Positions 39,274 through 52,199 are shown, counted from the stretch's first letter. The stretch: 64,000 nt of DNA from Octopus sinensis (GCF_006345805.1 NC_043001.1:115754001-115818000), one strand, 5' to 3'. The notes: generated by a model not told the origin, from the letters alone. Numbers and translations: made by a program.

Positions 39274-40486
39274 AGGTCTGATCAATAAGTATCCGGACTG
39301 TTGCCATAGTAACAAAGCTACAGCATGCAGAGTGAGGCTGCTTGGCACCTTTAACTCCACTGTGCATGTGCACTAAGTTTTGATGTTCTAGCTCACTTCT
39401 ACTGTTTACAGCAGTGTTTGAAAGTAATGTGTGTAGTGTATGTTCATCACATTGGCCTGCTCAGAAGCCTATTCAATTTTCAGAGGCCTACACTACCGTC
39501 AGAAATTAATTAGCACCCTTGATTTGCTCTTCACTCAAGGTATGTGCTGTCACCTAGTGGCCATATCTCGAACTATTGCTTTGTTGCGAGTTCACTGTTG
39601 CGCAGAATGATGACGTAACTTTGTTTGCAGAGCAGTTTGAGAGTCAACAGCCTTATGATGTTGACATAGCAGTGCAACAACAACTTGGAGTGCGGATGCA
39701 GACAAATCTTCCTTTGTTTAATAGATATAGGTAGCGCCTCGCAAGGACCGAAATCACACCATACTAAGTTTTCTCATCGCGTAAGACGTTTTGAACAGCT
39801 CATAGGTTAATTGATTTAACCTATTTAATGTAGAAATTTGAGAAGTGCTAATTAATTTCTGACGCAAGTGTATGCAAAATTTTAAAGAAGTTTTCATCAT
39901 TCTCGACACAAACAAGGAGATTTTATGCAACTAAAATCTCAGTGTCCTTTTGGTCAGCTGAAAGCAGTTTTGGCACAAACTTGGTAGATATGCGCCTCAT
40001 ACCCAAATCTTCAGTCATAATGGACTGAACTGAACCATAACTAATCTGTACATTTGATAACATATGGATGGTGATTTGACAATTTCCCCTCACAGTTGCA
40101 TGCACATCTGTGATGTTTTTCTTAGTTCTGCTGGTTGCAGGTCTCCCAGAACATTCATTATTACCGACATTTTTTTGGCCATCTTGGAAATGTCTGAACC
40201 ACTTATACACTTGTGTGCGGATCATACACTCCTCTCTATACACTTTCTGCAGCTTTGTATAGGCTTCTGAGTAGGCATCGCCATGGCATCTTTCTCTGTT
40301 ATGGTCAATGCGACGATCACACATTACTTTGAAGCACTGCTGTAAACAGCAGACGTAAGCTAGAATGTTAAAACTTAGTGTAAATGCACAACAGAGGCCA
40401 AGGTCAGTCTGTGCCAAGCACTTTACTCTGCGTGCTTTAGCTTTGTTACTATGGCAAAAGTCCGGATACTTATTGATCAGACCTCA
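39274..40486. mobile_element. Mariner derivative made of two 5' ends in inverted orientation
   Basis: aggtctgatcaataagtatccggac / gtccggatacttattgatcagacct, with inverted homology extending about 200 bp. N-terminal transposase remnant in ORF 39923-40417 (VYKWFRHFQDG...SGRPATS). Confidence 0.85.
39491..39870. mobile_element. Tc1-like MITE nested in the mariner derivative
   Basis: TA|cactaccgtcagaaattaattagcac ... gtgctaattaatttctgacgcaagtg|TA. Confidence 0.8.
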
Positions 40487-40489
40487 TAT

Positions 40490-43360
40490 GTTGTGTCCAA
40501 GAGGTACGATGAAGGGGGCCTCAGCTAGACTGCTTACAGGCAAAGGGGCACAGATACAAATTTTACTGAGAGGGCAACAAAGATAGACTAAGCAGTATGG
40601 GTATTCTATTAGCAGAGAATTGAAGTATAAGGTGACTGAAGTAGTGTGATAGGATTATTAAGCTAAGAATAACCTTGGTTGATGTAATTGTGTCAGTGAT
40701 CTCTGCATATGTTCCACATCAAACTAACATACTCAGAAAGGCCACATCTGCAGACACCTTTACAATGAAAGATGATAACATTCACATCATTGCAGGAGTC
40801 TTCAATTGACATGTTGGACAGCACTCCAATGGATATCATGGTGAGCATGGAAGCTGTGGTTTTAGTTCCAGAACTGAGGAGGAGACAAGGTTACTGAAGT
40901 TTTGTGATGCTCATGGCTTACCAGTCTGCAACACCAAGTTCAGAAAACCTGCCAATCATATTATCACTTATCTAAAGATCCAGAGATGCAAGCCAATATA
41001 GAAATGGATGTTGTGGAAGCTCAATGATCTTCCAAAAGGACAGAGATTTAGAGATGTCCTTAATGAAGACTTTGATGAGAAGGGGGAAGAGATAGAGACA
41101 TATAACATACAAGACAACTGGAAGTTCCTACGAGACAATCTACAAAGAGCAACAGACCAAATCTGTGATTGGAGCAAAGCCTCTGCCAGGCCAAGGTGAT
41201 GTGGTGGTGACAGTGATGTTGACAGGGCCATAAAAGAGAAGAGATAGGTCTATAAAGAATGGATAAAAGGGTGGGGGTAGCAATTAATCATATTAGAAAG
41301 CTAAAAGGGAAGCTAGACATCAGGTTTATCTAGCTATAGTAGAAGCAGAAAAGAAGAGATTTGCCAATGTACTAAAATGGGAAAATAAGAGATTTGAAGT
41401 GCTCCGAATTACCAAACAGAGTGTCAGTGAGAATCAAGATATTGTGCAAGTGTGTGCAGGTGGATAATGGTATGCTTACATTTAATGATGTGGACAAGAA
41501 AGAGGTGTGGAAAAGTTACTATGAAAAACTGTTGAATGTAGAGAATGAATGTGATAAAGGGAGTCTCCCTCAAGTGAAACCAATGGAGGGACCAGCTGTC
41601 CTAGTGGTCAGCAGTATGGTAGACAAGGCAATTAAAAGCTAAGATGCTCAAAATATCTGGTAAGGTAGGATACCGGATAGTCACCTGCAGAGTTAACCAG
41701 GTCATTCAGGACGATGTAAATTCTAGTGTTTGGGGTGGCAGCATTATTGTTAGCTGCTACAACAGTAAGGGGGATGCTTTAGACAGAAGTAATTAATTAT
41801 CAAACTCCTGGACCAGGTGATGAAAATTAGAGAGTTATAGCTCAATTAATTAGGAGCATGATTAAGGTTAGATGAAATGCAGTTCAGTTTCATCTGAGGG
41901 AGAAGCACTGTGACACTATTTTCATAGTGAGGCAACTGTAAGAGAAGTATTTAACTAAGAATAAACCATTATACTTGGCATTTGTTGATCTAGAGAAAGC
42001 CTTTGATAAAGTGCCCCACTGTTTGATATGGTGGGCTCTGTGGAGACTAGGGATAGACAAGTGGCTGGTGAAAGTTGTACAGACTATGTACAGAAACGCT
42101 GTCAATAAGGTAAGAGTTAACCATGAGTCCAGCAAAAAATTCATCAAGGCTCAGTCCTTAGTCTCCACCTTTTCATTATTGTCCTCCAGGCCATAACAGA
42201 GAAATTCAAGATCAGCAGCCCTTGGGACAATTATATACTGATGATCTTACCCACATAGCAGACTCCACATTAAAGCTAGAAGAGAAACTCCACTTGTTGA
42301 AGCAAAATCTGGAATCTAAGAACCTGTTGGATTAACTTAGTGAAGACTAAAGTCTCAGTAAGCAAGAAAACAGACGGGACCCTCCCTGCTTCAAGTAGGT
42401 GTCCCTGTTTGATTTCTGGGAAAAGTGTTGGTAAGAACTCTGTATGGTGTACCCGGTATAAGCTATGGACACACAAGAGGTGCAGTGGATTAACAGGAAG
42501 TTTATCAGAGAAGGTAATATTCATACACTGAAAATGCACAAGATCCATAAAACTATAGAGACTTAGGAAATTGATTCTCTCAAAAGCCCTGGTGGCTCAT
42601 TAGAGATAGTAGGACCAAGTTAGGAGTGGAGGAGGATGCACAGAGAGTGTGATAGCTAGAATAAGAATAGGGTGGAGGAAATTCAGAGAGCTGTTACGTT
42701 TGTTAGCTATGAAAGGCTTTTCTCTTCAAGTGAAAGGAAGATTGTATGGTGCGTGTACACAGACATTCTACATGCTAGTGAGATGTAGGCCCTGAATGCA
42801 GAGGACATGCAAAGTTAGAGAGGAATGAGGCTGGAATGCTCTGTTGGATGTGTAATGCAAACATACATATTTGACTAGTGCTAGTGTACTGAGACAGAAG
42901 TTAAGCTTAAGATGAATTAGATACTCTGTGCAAGAAAAAGACTGCATTGGTTTTGTCCTGTGATGAACAATGATGCTGACACTCCATAAAAAAGTGCTAG
43001 TCTCCCTAAGTAACAGAACAAATTGAAATGGGACACTCAGGAAGACATGGGTACTAAAGACGACCTCAGGATGCGAAACTTTTCGGGTAAGATGACAAAG
43101 GACTGAAATGCTTGGTACCTTGGTGTACTGAAGAAGCCCCATGCTCCACAGTAGAATTGTTAATACTGGTCCTTCTGGTGAAGAGAATTGGCCTGCAGGA
43201 GTCCTGTGCCAGTGCCATGTAAAATTACCCAGGACACTCTGTGGTTGGCACTAGAAAGGACATCCAGCCATAGTAACCATGCTAAATTAGACTAGAGCCT
43301 GGTGCAGCTCTCCAGCTCTGGTCAAACTGTCCAACGCATGCCAGCATGAGTCTTTTTGAA
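40490..43360 (+). mobile_element. Old near-full-length RTE LINE
   Basis: Endonuclease (CVQEVR), linker, RT (FVDLEKAFDKVP), PHD insert and 3' tail in order, heavily decayed. Confidence 0.9.
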
Positions 43361-43549
43361 GTGAACTTAGTAGAGACTCAGTATCTGAACTGAGAGCTGT
43401 AAGTCAGATACAGGAATAAAGGCTAGAAAGACAAGGAAATCCCCTGGTTATTCAGGAATTACCACAATCATCTTCATCATTATCACTGTTTAATGTCCAT
43501 TTATCATGCTGGAATGGGTCAGATGTGTCTTTTACATGGCACTTGGTAT

Positions 43550-44880
43550 GGTTAATCAGGTTGTCCACGAAAGTATCATGCCCAACAACTGCTACAAATG
43601 TAAAGGAAAGGGCTTAGACCGAAGTAATTAGAGGTATGATATTCCTGGAGCAGGTCATGAAAGTTACAGAAAACTGTCATAATTCAACTAATTCAGAAGA
43701 TAGTTAACAAAGATGAGATGCAATTCGTTTTTGTCCCAGGGCAACTACTGCTGATGCTATCTTCTAAGTAAAGTAACTGCAGAAATATTTAGTCAAATAT
43801 AAACCACTGTACTTAGGATATGTTGACATGGAAAGAACGTTTGACAGGGCTCGTCGTGCTCTCACTGGGTGGTCAGTATGGAAGTCAGCAATGAATATAG
43901 CAATAAATTTAGTGGGTAGGTAGGGGTTCACTAGGGTTTGATTCTCAGTCCCCACTCCTTCATCAGTCCTTCAAGCATACAGAGGAGTTTAAGACTGGTT
44001 GCATGTGGGAAGCTCCTGTATCCTGACGATCTTCTTCTTATGGCTGGATTTACAGTAGCATTAAAAAAGGAATATCAGGTGTGGAAGCAATGCTTGGAAT
44101 CATAAGGCCTAACTAAGCATATCCCAAAGACTTGGTATGCAGGAAAGCAAATACGTTAATAATCTCCACAGGGAAATAGCCTTGTTTGATATGTAGAAAA
44201 AGTGTAGATAGAAATTCCATACATTGTAGCCATTACAAGCTATAGACATAAAAGGTGTAGTCAAATCACAGAAAGTTACAAGAGAGAGTACTCATTGTGT
44301 TTGGCAGATGTGCAGATACAATAAATACTAAGAACACACAGGAAATAGATTTTCTTCAAATGCTCAGGAGGACCCTTAGTGGTAGTAGATAATTTTTGTT
44401 ACCTAGGTGACATAATGTAATGAAAATGGATACCCTGAAAACATAGTAGCTAGAATAATAACTGAGAAAAGCTCAGAAGGCTATTCTCTTGATTGTTAAC
44501 AAGGGCCTCTTCCTCAGAGTGAAAGACAGATTGCACAAATGGCTATACAGCACAGTAGTGAAAAAAGGGCTGTGAATGCAGAGGACATTTGAAGGTTCGA
44601 AGGAATCAAGCAAGCATGCGCTGATGGATGTGCAATGTTGGTGTAAATAAACAACAAAGCAGAAATGTGACGAGAGAAAAATTCAGTATAAGAGGTATCA
44701 GGTGTAGTGTGCAAGAGAGGAGACTGCTCTGGTACGGCTACACGAATGCATGTGTGTAAGGACAGCAGCATAAAAGTGCCAGTTGCTACATGTGGATAGA
44801 ACATGTGAAGAGGAAGACTAGGAAGAGGTGGAACGAACTGGTAAAAGTGACTTTCAGAAGTTGAGCCTCACAGAAGAGAT
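43550..44880 (+). mobile_element. Old RTE RT fragment
   Basis: Decayed gatgagatgcaattcg, gacatggaaagaacgtttgac, ctgtatcctgacgatctt and ttgttacctaggtgac motifs. Confidence 0.8.
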
Positions 44881-45001
44881 GGCTGGCTATTTGCCATCTT
44901 CCTAACAACCACTCCCTTCACCCATATTCACCTCTCACTGCATTCTCTTCCTCTTTATCTCCCACTTACCTTTTGCTCTCTCTGATCTATAAGCACACAA
45001 A

Positions 45002-45101
45002 NNNNNNNNNNNNNNNNNNNNNNNNNNNNNNNNNNNNNNNNNNNNNNNNNNNNNNNNNNNNNNNNNNNNNNNNNNNNNNNNNNNNNNNNNNNNNNNNNNN
45101 N
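45002..45101. other. Assembly gap (100 N)
   Basis: Exactly 100 N, a typical placeholder for a gap of unknown size. Confidence 0.99.
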
Positions 45102-46255
45102 AGCAGAGGTAAGAGCTCTCTGAAGTTTGCCCAGGCTATTCTTACTCTAGTAGTTACCCTTTCAACACACCCGCCCCCGCTACTAATTTGGTCACCTAGG
45201 TAACGGAAGCTATCAACTACTTCTAGTTTTTCTCCCTGGAATGTAGTGGAAGTTGGTCTCTGCGCATTTTCAGGGTTATTGCTCTTAAGCATCTGCCACA
45301 TACAAAACTATCTTCTTAGCCTTCCCTTGACATTGCTGCACCTCTTATGTGTCCATAGCTTACACATGGTGCATCTTATAGAGTTTCTACCTCACCTTTT
45401 CTACAGATCGAGCAGGGCCATCTACCTGAAGGCGTTTGTGACTTGTCTACCTTCCTACTTATTAGGACTTTGGTTTTAGCTAGGTTGACTCTAAGGATTC
45501 TAATCCTTGCTTCCACACCTGGAACTTCTCCTCCAGGTCTGATAGTGACTCAGCAATTTGAGCAAGGTCATCAGTGTACAGGAGCTCCCAGCAGCATCCT
45601 GTCTTGAATTCCTCTGTTATTGCCTGGAGGACTATGATAAATAGGAGGGGGCTGAGGACTGGACCTTGGTGGACCCCTACCTCTACCCGGAATTCTTCAC
45701 TGAACTCGTTGCTAACCCTCACCTTACTAGCAGTGTCCCTGTACATGGCTTGCACAGCTTTCACTAACCATTCATCTATCCCTAGTTTCCTCATTGACCC
45801 CCAGATAAGGGATCAGAGGACCCTGTCGAAGGCTTTCTCCATGTCAACGAAAGTGAGGTACAGGGGCTTATCTTTGGCTAGATATTTCTCCTGCAGCTGT
45901 CTTACCAGGAATATGACATCAGTGGTGCTTTTCACTGGCACGAACCCAAACTGCATCTCATCTAAACTAACTCTCTCTCTAATTAGTTGGGCTATGACCC
46001 TCTCAGTAACCTTCATTACCTGATCCAACAGCTTGATACCTCTGTAATTATTTGTATCTAGGGCGTCACATTTACCTTTGTAGCAGTTGACTATTATGCT
46101 GCTACACCAGTCATTGGGTATGACTCCTTCGTGTATCACCTGGTTAACTATACGGGCGACTAGGCTATAGCCAACACTACCAGATATTTTGAGCATCTCT
46201 GCAGTAATTCCTGATGGGCCTGGGGCTTTCCCTGTTTTCATGCTTCTAATTGCCT
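45102..46255 (-). mobile_element. RTE LINE RT fragment running into the gap
   Basis: ORFs 45813-46241, 45480-45794 and 44987-45301 with RT motifs. Confidence 0.95.
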
Positions 46256-46322
46256 TATATAAAACTATATACTGTGTACATTAAACAACATACATATATA
46301 TTATATATATGATATATATATA

Positions 46323-46353
<31 letters not shown>

Positions 46354-46567
46354 ATTTATGTGAAATAGAAAGATGAATAATCTTGTAGTAGATTAATCAA
46401 AAGTTTAACCGATACCTTAGTAGCAAAAATCACAGCAGTGAACAGCACGGTTGGAGGTACAACCATCTGGCGTTGCAACCGTGCGTTGGTGCGGATAATT
46501 GAAATTAAAACATTATTGGTGAATTGAAGAAATGGAGCTGAACGCAGATTGAACAGAAATCGTTTTA

Positions 46568-46657
46568 TTTCATTCTACACGTGTTTCGAAAGGCACAAAT
46601 TACCAAAATCCGATTGAATAATGGGACCATATTGTGTCTTTCTCTTCAGGAAGAAAA
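46568..46657 (-). ncRNA. Minimal type I hammerhead ribozyme (left arm)
   Basis: Reverse-complement copy of the 49178-49267 motif. Confidence 0.8.
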
Positions 46658-47263
46658 AAGGAAATCCGTTGGAAAAACAAAAACAGAACAGAGGCAGAGC
46701 AAAAAACAAATCGAACTGTGCTCCTAAGAGCCCATGGCGAAACTGTTTATCAGTGTATGTTGAGAACCGGTGGCTGAAGAATTCAACAGGTCAGGCATCG
46801 GTCAATCATGTGGGTGAGGGTGTATATATGTTCTTTGTGACCGAGAATAAAGTTCTGACTATTTAAAGAATATTGGATGTTTTATAAGGGGCGAGAAAAA
46901 ATCTACTTAGAGACGTGTGTGTGTGTATACTGTTCTATATATGTGTGTGTTGGCGTAGGGGTAGAAAACATTTTTTGTGTACGTGTGTGCGTTTGATCGT
47001 TCGGCTGTCAGTGGCTACTGCCGTGATAACCGTTGGGTGGCAGAAAGAAAAAAAATAAAGAAATTATATATATATATTATGTTTTATGTGTGTGTGTGAG
47101 TGTTCATCTAAGCCTGCCTTGACAAGGAAACCCCCGCTGTGAAAAAACAAGCCCCGTTTGTCTTACAGGAGTAATTTCCCTTGCAGTGGTTAATTGTAGA
47201 TATCTTAAAATCTATTCAGAATTTGTTACCAAGGGCTATGGGTGCTGGTCTTATTTATAAACG

Positions 47264-48501
47264 CTATTTAAAGGCCAGATAAGTGTAACGCCGCCAATGG
47301 GGGCATCGAAAAGCCGACTGTAAGAGCCCGTTTACCATCCGGCCTCTGGCAAACAAAATATGGAAGAGTTCGGAGACACAAAGGTTGCACTGTCTTCTGC
47401 CCCTATCAAATGGGAGGGCCACCGACAAAATTGACCATTCCAGCCTATAGCTTAAGTTCGCATCCTTCAGTCGCCATATTAGCTTACTGAGTCCCGTGGT
47501 CTGGCGCTTGTTCACGTCCCGAAAAGTTGCGTAATGGTGGAGACACGCAAAGACAATCTTGAGGATGATGCCCCTATATAAGTGAAGGCATCTGAGTCCG
47601 TGTAAACCTTGCATTGGTAGACGGCGTTTTTGATCTTGGAGTTCGCCGACGTGAATCTTACTCTGCTAGGATTGGTTTCTGAAATTAGAACTGCGTTCCT
47701 GTCACTATATTCGTTCCGAGACCTGCAGCCGCTTACTACTCTATTTTCCACTACGTCACTATTAACTATAGGAATAACCCCTGATTCTCCACTATCTATC
47801 AGAGTGCTGTCATTGCTACTGCCCGTGGTACTGCTATTGCGGGAAATGATGCTGGGGATGCTAAAGGGGCTCTCTACCCTACTCCCATTGTTACCATCAA
47901 CCACAACTCCCCTATTTATAACTATACCCCTAGTGGGTACTCCCTGGCTGGAGCTGAGATTATGTGTCACTGTACTGGCTCTCATATCATTATTACTACT
48001 ATAATTATTCCTACTGAGCATTAAACCGGGAGCGGAAGAGGCTGTGCCTCCGGAAAAAGGTGATAGGGTCTTAGTAAGTAGCCTATTATTATGGGAGGCG
48101 ATTATCTGGGCGAGGTTTTTAGTGTTGGAGAAAGCTATCCTAACTTTATGTGAGTTAACCGTGGAGTAATATTTGGAATTTCTGGGGAAGTTATTGGCGA
48201 TGGCTTGTCTAAACATGAGGGGGAGATTAGTTCTAATCTGCTTACCAAAGGGGATTACAAACCATATATGCTTATTCCTATCAGTGTGATGGGTCGGGAC
48301 GCCAGCTCTCGCATTTGGGTGGGTGAATCTCGGATGAATAACGGGTCTTGGGTTAGTGTAAGACCTCCCGGACCGATAATTATCCTTGTTCGCTAAATTA
48401 AATGCGGGAGCGACTACCCCGGTATCCGCCGCGCTCCCGTCCTTACTTAAAATGTTAATGTTATTATATACGGCCCTATCCTGATGACCGAATGATGGCA
48501 T
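47264..48501 (-). CDS. GIY-YIG endonuclease ORF with PLE thumb/linker but no RT core; one frameshift near 47540
   Basis: Frame 1 ends AVYQCKV...YIGASSSRLSLRVS. Frame 2 continues HHYATF...TGLSKLIW...CNLCVSE. Adding one C to a CC run gives a single ORF of about 412 aa. Confidence 0.75.
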
Positions 48502-49177
48502 CGGAAGGGCTCTTACAGTCGGCTTTTCGATGCCCCCATTGGCGGCGTTACACTTATCTGGCCTTTAAATAGCGTTTATAAATAAGACCAGCACCCATAG
48601 CCCTGGTAACAAATTCTGAAATAGATTTTAAGATATCTACAATTAACCACTGCAAGGGAAATTACTCCTGTAAGACAAACGGGGCTTGTTTTTTCACAGC
48701 GGGGGGTTTCCTTGTCAAGGCAGGCTTAGATGAACACTCACACACACACATAAAACATAATATATATATATAATTTCTTTATTTTTTTTCTTTCTGCCAC
48801 CCAACGGTTATCACGGCAGTAGCCACTGACAGCCGAACGATCAAACGCACACACGTACACAAAAAATGTTTTCTACCCCTACGCCAACACACACATATAT
48901 AGAACAGTATACACACACACACGTCTCTAAGTAGATTTTTTCTCGCCCCTTATAAAACATCCAATATTCTTTAAATAGTCAGAACTTTATTCTCGGTCAC
49001 AAAGAACATATATACACCCTCACCCACATGATTGACCGATGCCTGACCTGTTGAATTCTTCAGCCACCGGTTCTCAACATACACTGATAAACAGTTTCGC
49101 CATGGGCTCTTAGGAGCACAGTTCGATTTGTTTTTTGCTCTGCCTCTGTTCTGTTTTGTTTTCCAACGGATTTCCTT

Positions 49178-49267
49178 TTTTCTTCCTGAAGAGAAAGACA
49201 CAATATGGTCCCATTATTCAATCGGATTTTGGTAATTTGTGCCTTTCGAAACACGTGTAGAATGAAA
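49178..49267 (+). ncRNA. Minimal type I hammerhead ribozyme (right arm)
   Basis: CUGAAGA 49186-49192; stem II GAAAGACAC/GUGCCUUUC (8 of 9 pairs); GAAA 49248-49251; C-ACGU-GUA (palindromic loop, predicted cut after 49259); stem I UUC/GAA extendable. Confidence 0.8.
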
Positions 49268-49324
49268 TAAAACGATTTCTGTTCAATCTGCGTTCAGCTC
49301 CATTTCTTCAATTCACCAATAATG

Positions 49325-49392
<68 letters not shown>

Positions 49393-49949
49393 TATATATA
49401 CAAGCATTAAACCAATAACATAGTTATCGAACTTTCTTTCTTCCTGTGTTGACCTTTTTAACGTTTATTTTCTTTAAACTATATATGTTTGTGTGTGCAA
49501 GTGTGTGTGAGTGTAGAATCACTATATTTTTTAGATTGAAACCAGGATTATAGGAACTGAAACTTGGGACAGTGGAAATACCATGCATGATGAAGAGTTA
49601 CAGCATATGGGATGGGTGTTAAAGAAGAGTGGGCCATCTGGAGGACTTTTCTCTGCAAATGTATTAACATAACTGCCTATTTTGTTCTTACATGAAGGCA
49701 ATTCCTAGCAAGTACGCAAGTGATACATGTAAACTGGTAAGATGTATGATTGATCTTTCTCACTTAGACGGTTTAACAGCTGGGTCTGAGACAAAGAGAT
49801 AGGAATCAGATGTACAAAGCAGTTATTTCTTTACCTGATAGAATAAGTGTATACAATTATCTGTTTCTATTGACAAGTGACATCTTATTCAACTGCCAAG
49901 TACTTTCATACTGTTCTTTTGGAAATATTTTCATAAGAAATTTGATATT

Positions 49950-51250
49950 TTAAATTTTATCAAAAATATCTGAGCAGCTTAGGTGAGTGTTTATTTTAGT
50001 AATTAGAAAACCACTCTCTTTAACTTGCACCTCTTTTCTGACCACATATGCACTGGTGCAAAAGTACTATGTAAATAGTGAATGAATACTACAGCACTAA
50101 GATTTTCTCTTAGCAATGAGTAAATAATTTGGCCACTATTTTACATGCGTAAAGTTTTGTGTTGCCCAAACTTCTGCTTTAGAAGCTCAAAGGCTTTGCA
50201 ATAACAGCCACATCAAATAACTGACCAATGTTTACTACTTGCTTTTCAATCCTTTGATTTTAACTGTAGACTGTTGAACAATTGGCCAAAATATCTAACC
50301 ACAACAGTCTTCTGCTGGTTTAAAGTTCTCTTTCCATAGGTTAGGTATGGGAGACATCTTTCATAAACCCTTTTACACTCTTTCTTCACTTTTCCAATGC
50401 TTTTCCTAATTTTTTGTCCTGGTTTCTCTGCAAAACCTTTCCGTTTTGAGGTACAAATTCATAGTTTTTTCTCCTGCTACTTAGTATTGTACTCCAGTTT
50501 CTTGAAAAAATTGAGCTATCCATATTCAAACTAAAAACATATCTTCCTGTTTTGCCAGTCTCAGCAGAATTCTGCTAGAACAAACGTGAAGAATTATTTC
50601 AACTGCTGATATATTACCATGTTGTATTATGTTTTTGTATCCCACACTGGCGAAGTCACAAAATTCTTTTAGAGACATTAAATGACCTGTGTATATTAGA
50701 AAATATTTTAATATTTTCATGAGTTATTTGATATTAATTGGCATGAAGTTGTACACAATATGTACACCTCAGCTTCATTTAATGCCAATGTAGCACCTTC
50801 CAAATTTTGCATAAAAATTTACAAGTTCCCATTTTGTCAGGACTAGCTGCAACTTTGGCTAAAATGTGTGAAGATCATCTTTCATAAGCAGTCAGATGTT
50901 TTGAAATTCAAGTCATGCGAAACAGAATGAAAAGCAAGATTAACTTCTTTAGCAGCCACTTTTGGTGAGATACTTGCAAGACAAATTAAATGAAACAAGC
51001 TTTGCAGTGTTTCTTGCTTTCTCATGGAAAATGCATGTAATATAAGGCCCAATGTTAACAATTATAAATACTTGAACATGTCATAGTTTGTCTCAACACA
51101 AGAATCTCAGTCATTAGTTAGCTTCTCCAGGGACAATCTGGTTTTCCAATGGTCATCTGTTTCCTTCTTTTTTGAAACTGAGGGAACAATTCTAAATATT
51201 TGGACTTTTTCCATGTATATGAATGAAGTACAAGATTATAATTTTGAGTC
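49950..51250 (-). mobile_element. hAT-superfamily transposase fossil
   Basis: KYFLIYT..LMSLKEFCDF...YKNII and AFHSVSHDLNF resemble conserved hAT blocks, with many stops. Confidence 0.6.
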
Positions 51251-52199
51251 TCAACTGGGTTCCTACTACAAGTGTTTCATTAGGGTTTAGTAAGACTAAT
51301 TAGCACCAATGTCTTGCACCTTTCTGTCAAATAATAAAGATAGTAACAAATAAATATTTCAAGATTATTAAAAACTGGGACAGACTTTCAAATTGGCTGG
51401 AAAGCCAGAACAATGAGTTAAAATAGGATAATTTAGGCCAAACCAGGTTATACAACAAATAAATATTGTCTACAAATATATGAAGTAATTCATGATCAAC
51501 ATCATCATTTTAATGTCCACATTTCTATACTAACATGAGTGAGAAAGAATTCACCGAGACAGATTTTCTCTGACTGGATGGCCCTCTTTTCCCCAACCTT
51601 CCTTTGATTCCAAGAATGTTATGTTTTCTGCATGACAAGACATGTTTTTGTGGATGATTGGAAATGAGCAACACCAAATGTATGATGCTGACACATTCAT
51701 GAGTATTGTGCAAGGTCAAGACAAGCAGACACACACACACACAAATCACAGTGTATAGTTTATATATCCCTACACATTTTTTCTCTCTCCATTTTCTTCC
51801 TCTCAATCTTTTCTGTCAAAGAGCATGAGCTTGAAACATCAAAGACTTTTCCATTCTTCCTGAGTGTTGAATTCATACATCTACTTGTTGTTCCCTCACC
51901 TGTCTTCCTCTTTTGTTTTCTGTAAATTTGAAATATTATACATCCATCGTGGCCAATCTTACAAATTGGTTTTGCACTGGGGTTCAGTAGGATGTTAGGT
52001 AAAAGCCTGATTATGTAAGCCTGACTCTTCTAAGTTGGCAGGTAATTAAGAAAATGTAGTGACTGTTTTTCAAATTTTCTTCCATACCAACCATCTCTGG
52101 AGAGTACAGGATAACATAATCAATATACTGCATATTTTTTGTGATTTGTGGTGGGTTTGTGTAAGTAGGTAGATAGAGAAACAGATAAACTGACACACA

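Larger units (their letters stand above)
46365..49326 (-). mobile_element. Penelope-like element (Neptune-type) with inverted pseudo-LTR arms, flanked by (TA)n
   Basis: Arms 46509-47329 and 48507-49326 are near-identical inverted copies. The spacer encodes KHIWFVIPF...HNNRLL and a GIY-YIG domain. Confidence 0.9.

Noticed and set aside
47630-48396. Plus-strand ORFs in the Penelope spacer
   Set aside because: They are antisense shadows of the GIY-YIG ORF with no recognisable motifs.
48481-48510. CTGATGA-CCGA..TCGG-AAG hammerhead-like string
   Set aside because: It lacks GAAA and a stem III/NUH, and it is antisense to the ORF start.
46621-49254. Duplicate short ORFs (81, 76 and 64 aa) in the arms
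   Set aside because: They overlap the ribozyme and pLTR, differ by frameshifting indels between the arms, and have no protein motifs.
49692-49900. Candidate extra Ig or signal-peptide exons with donor-like sites
   Set aside because: All frames compatible with a phase-1 junction contain stops.
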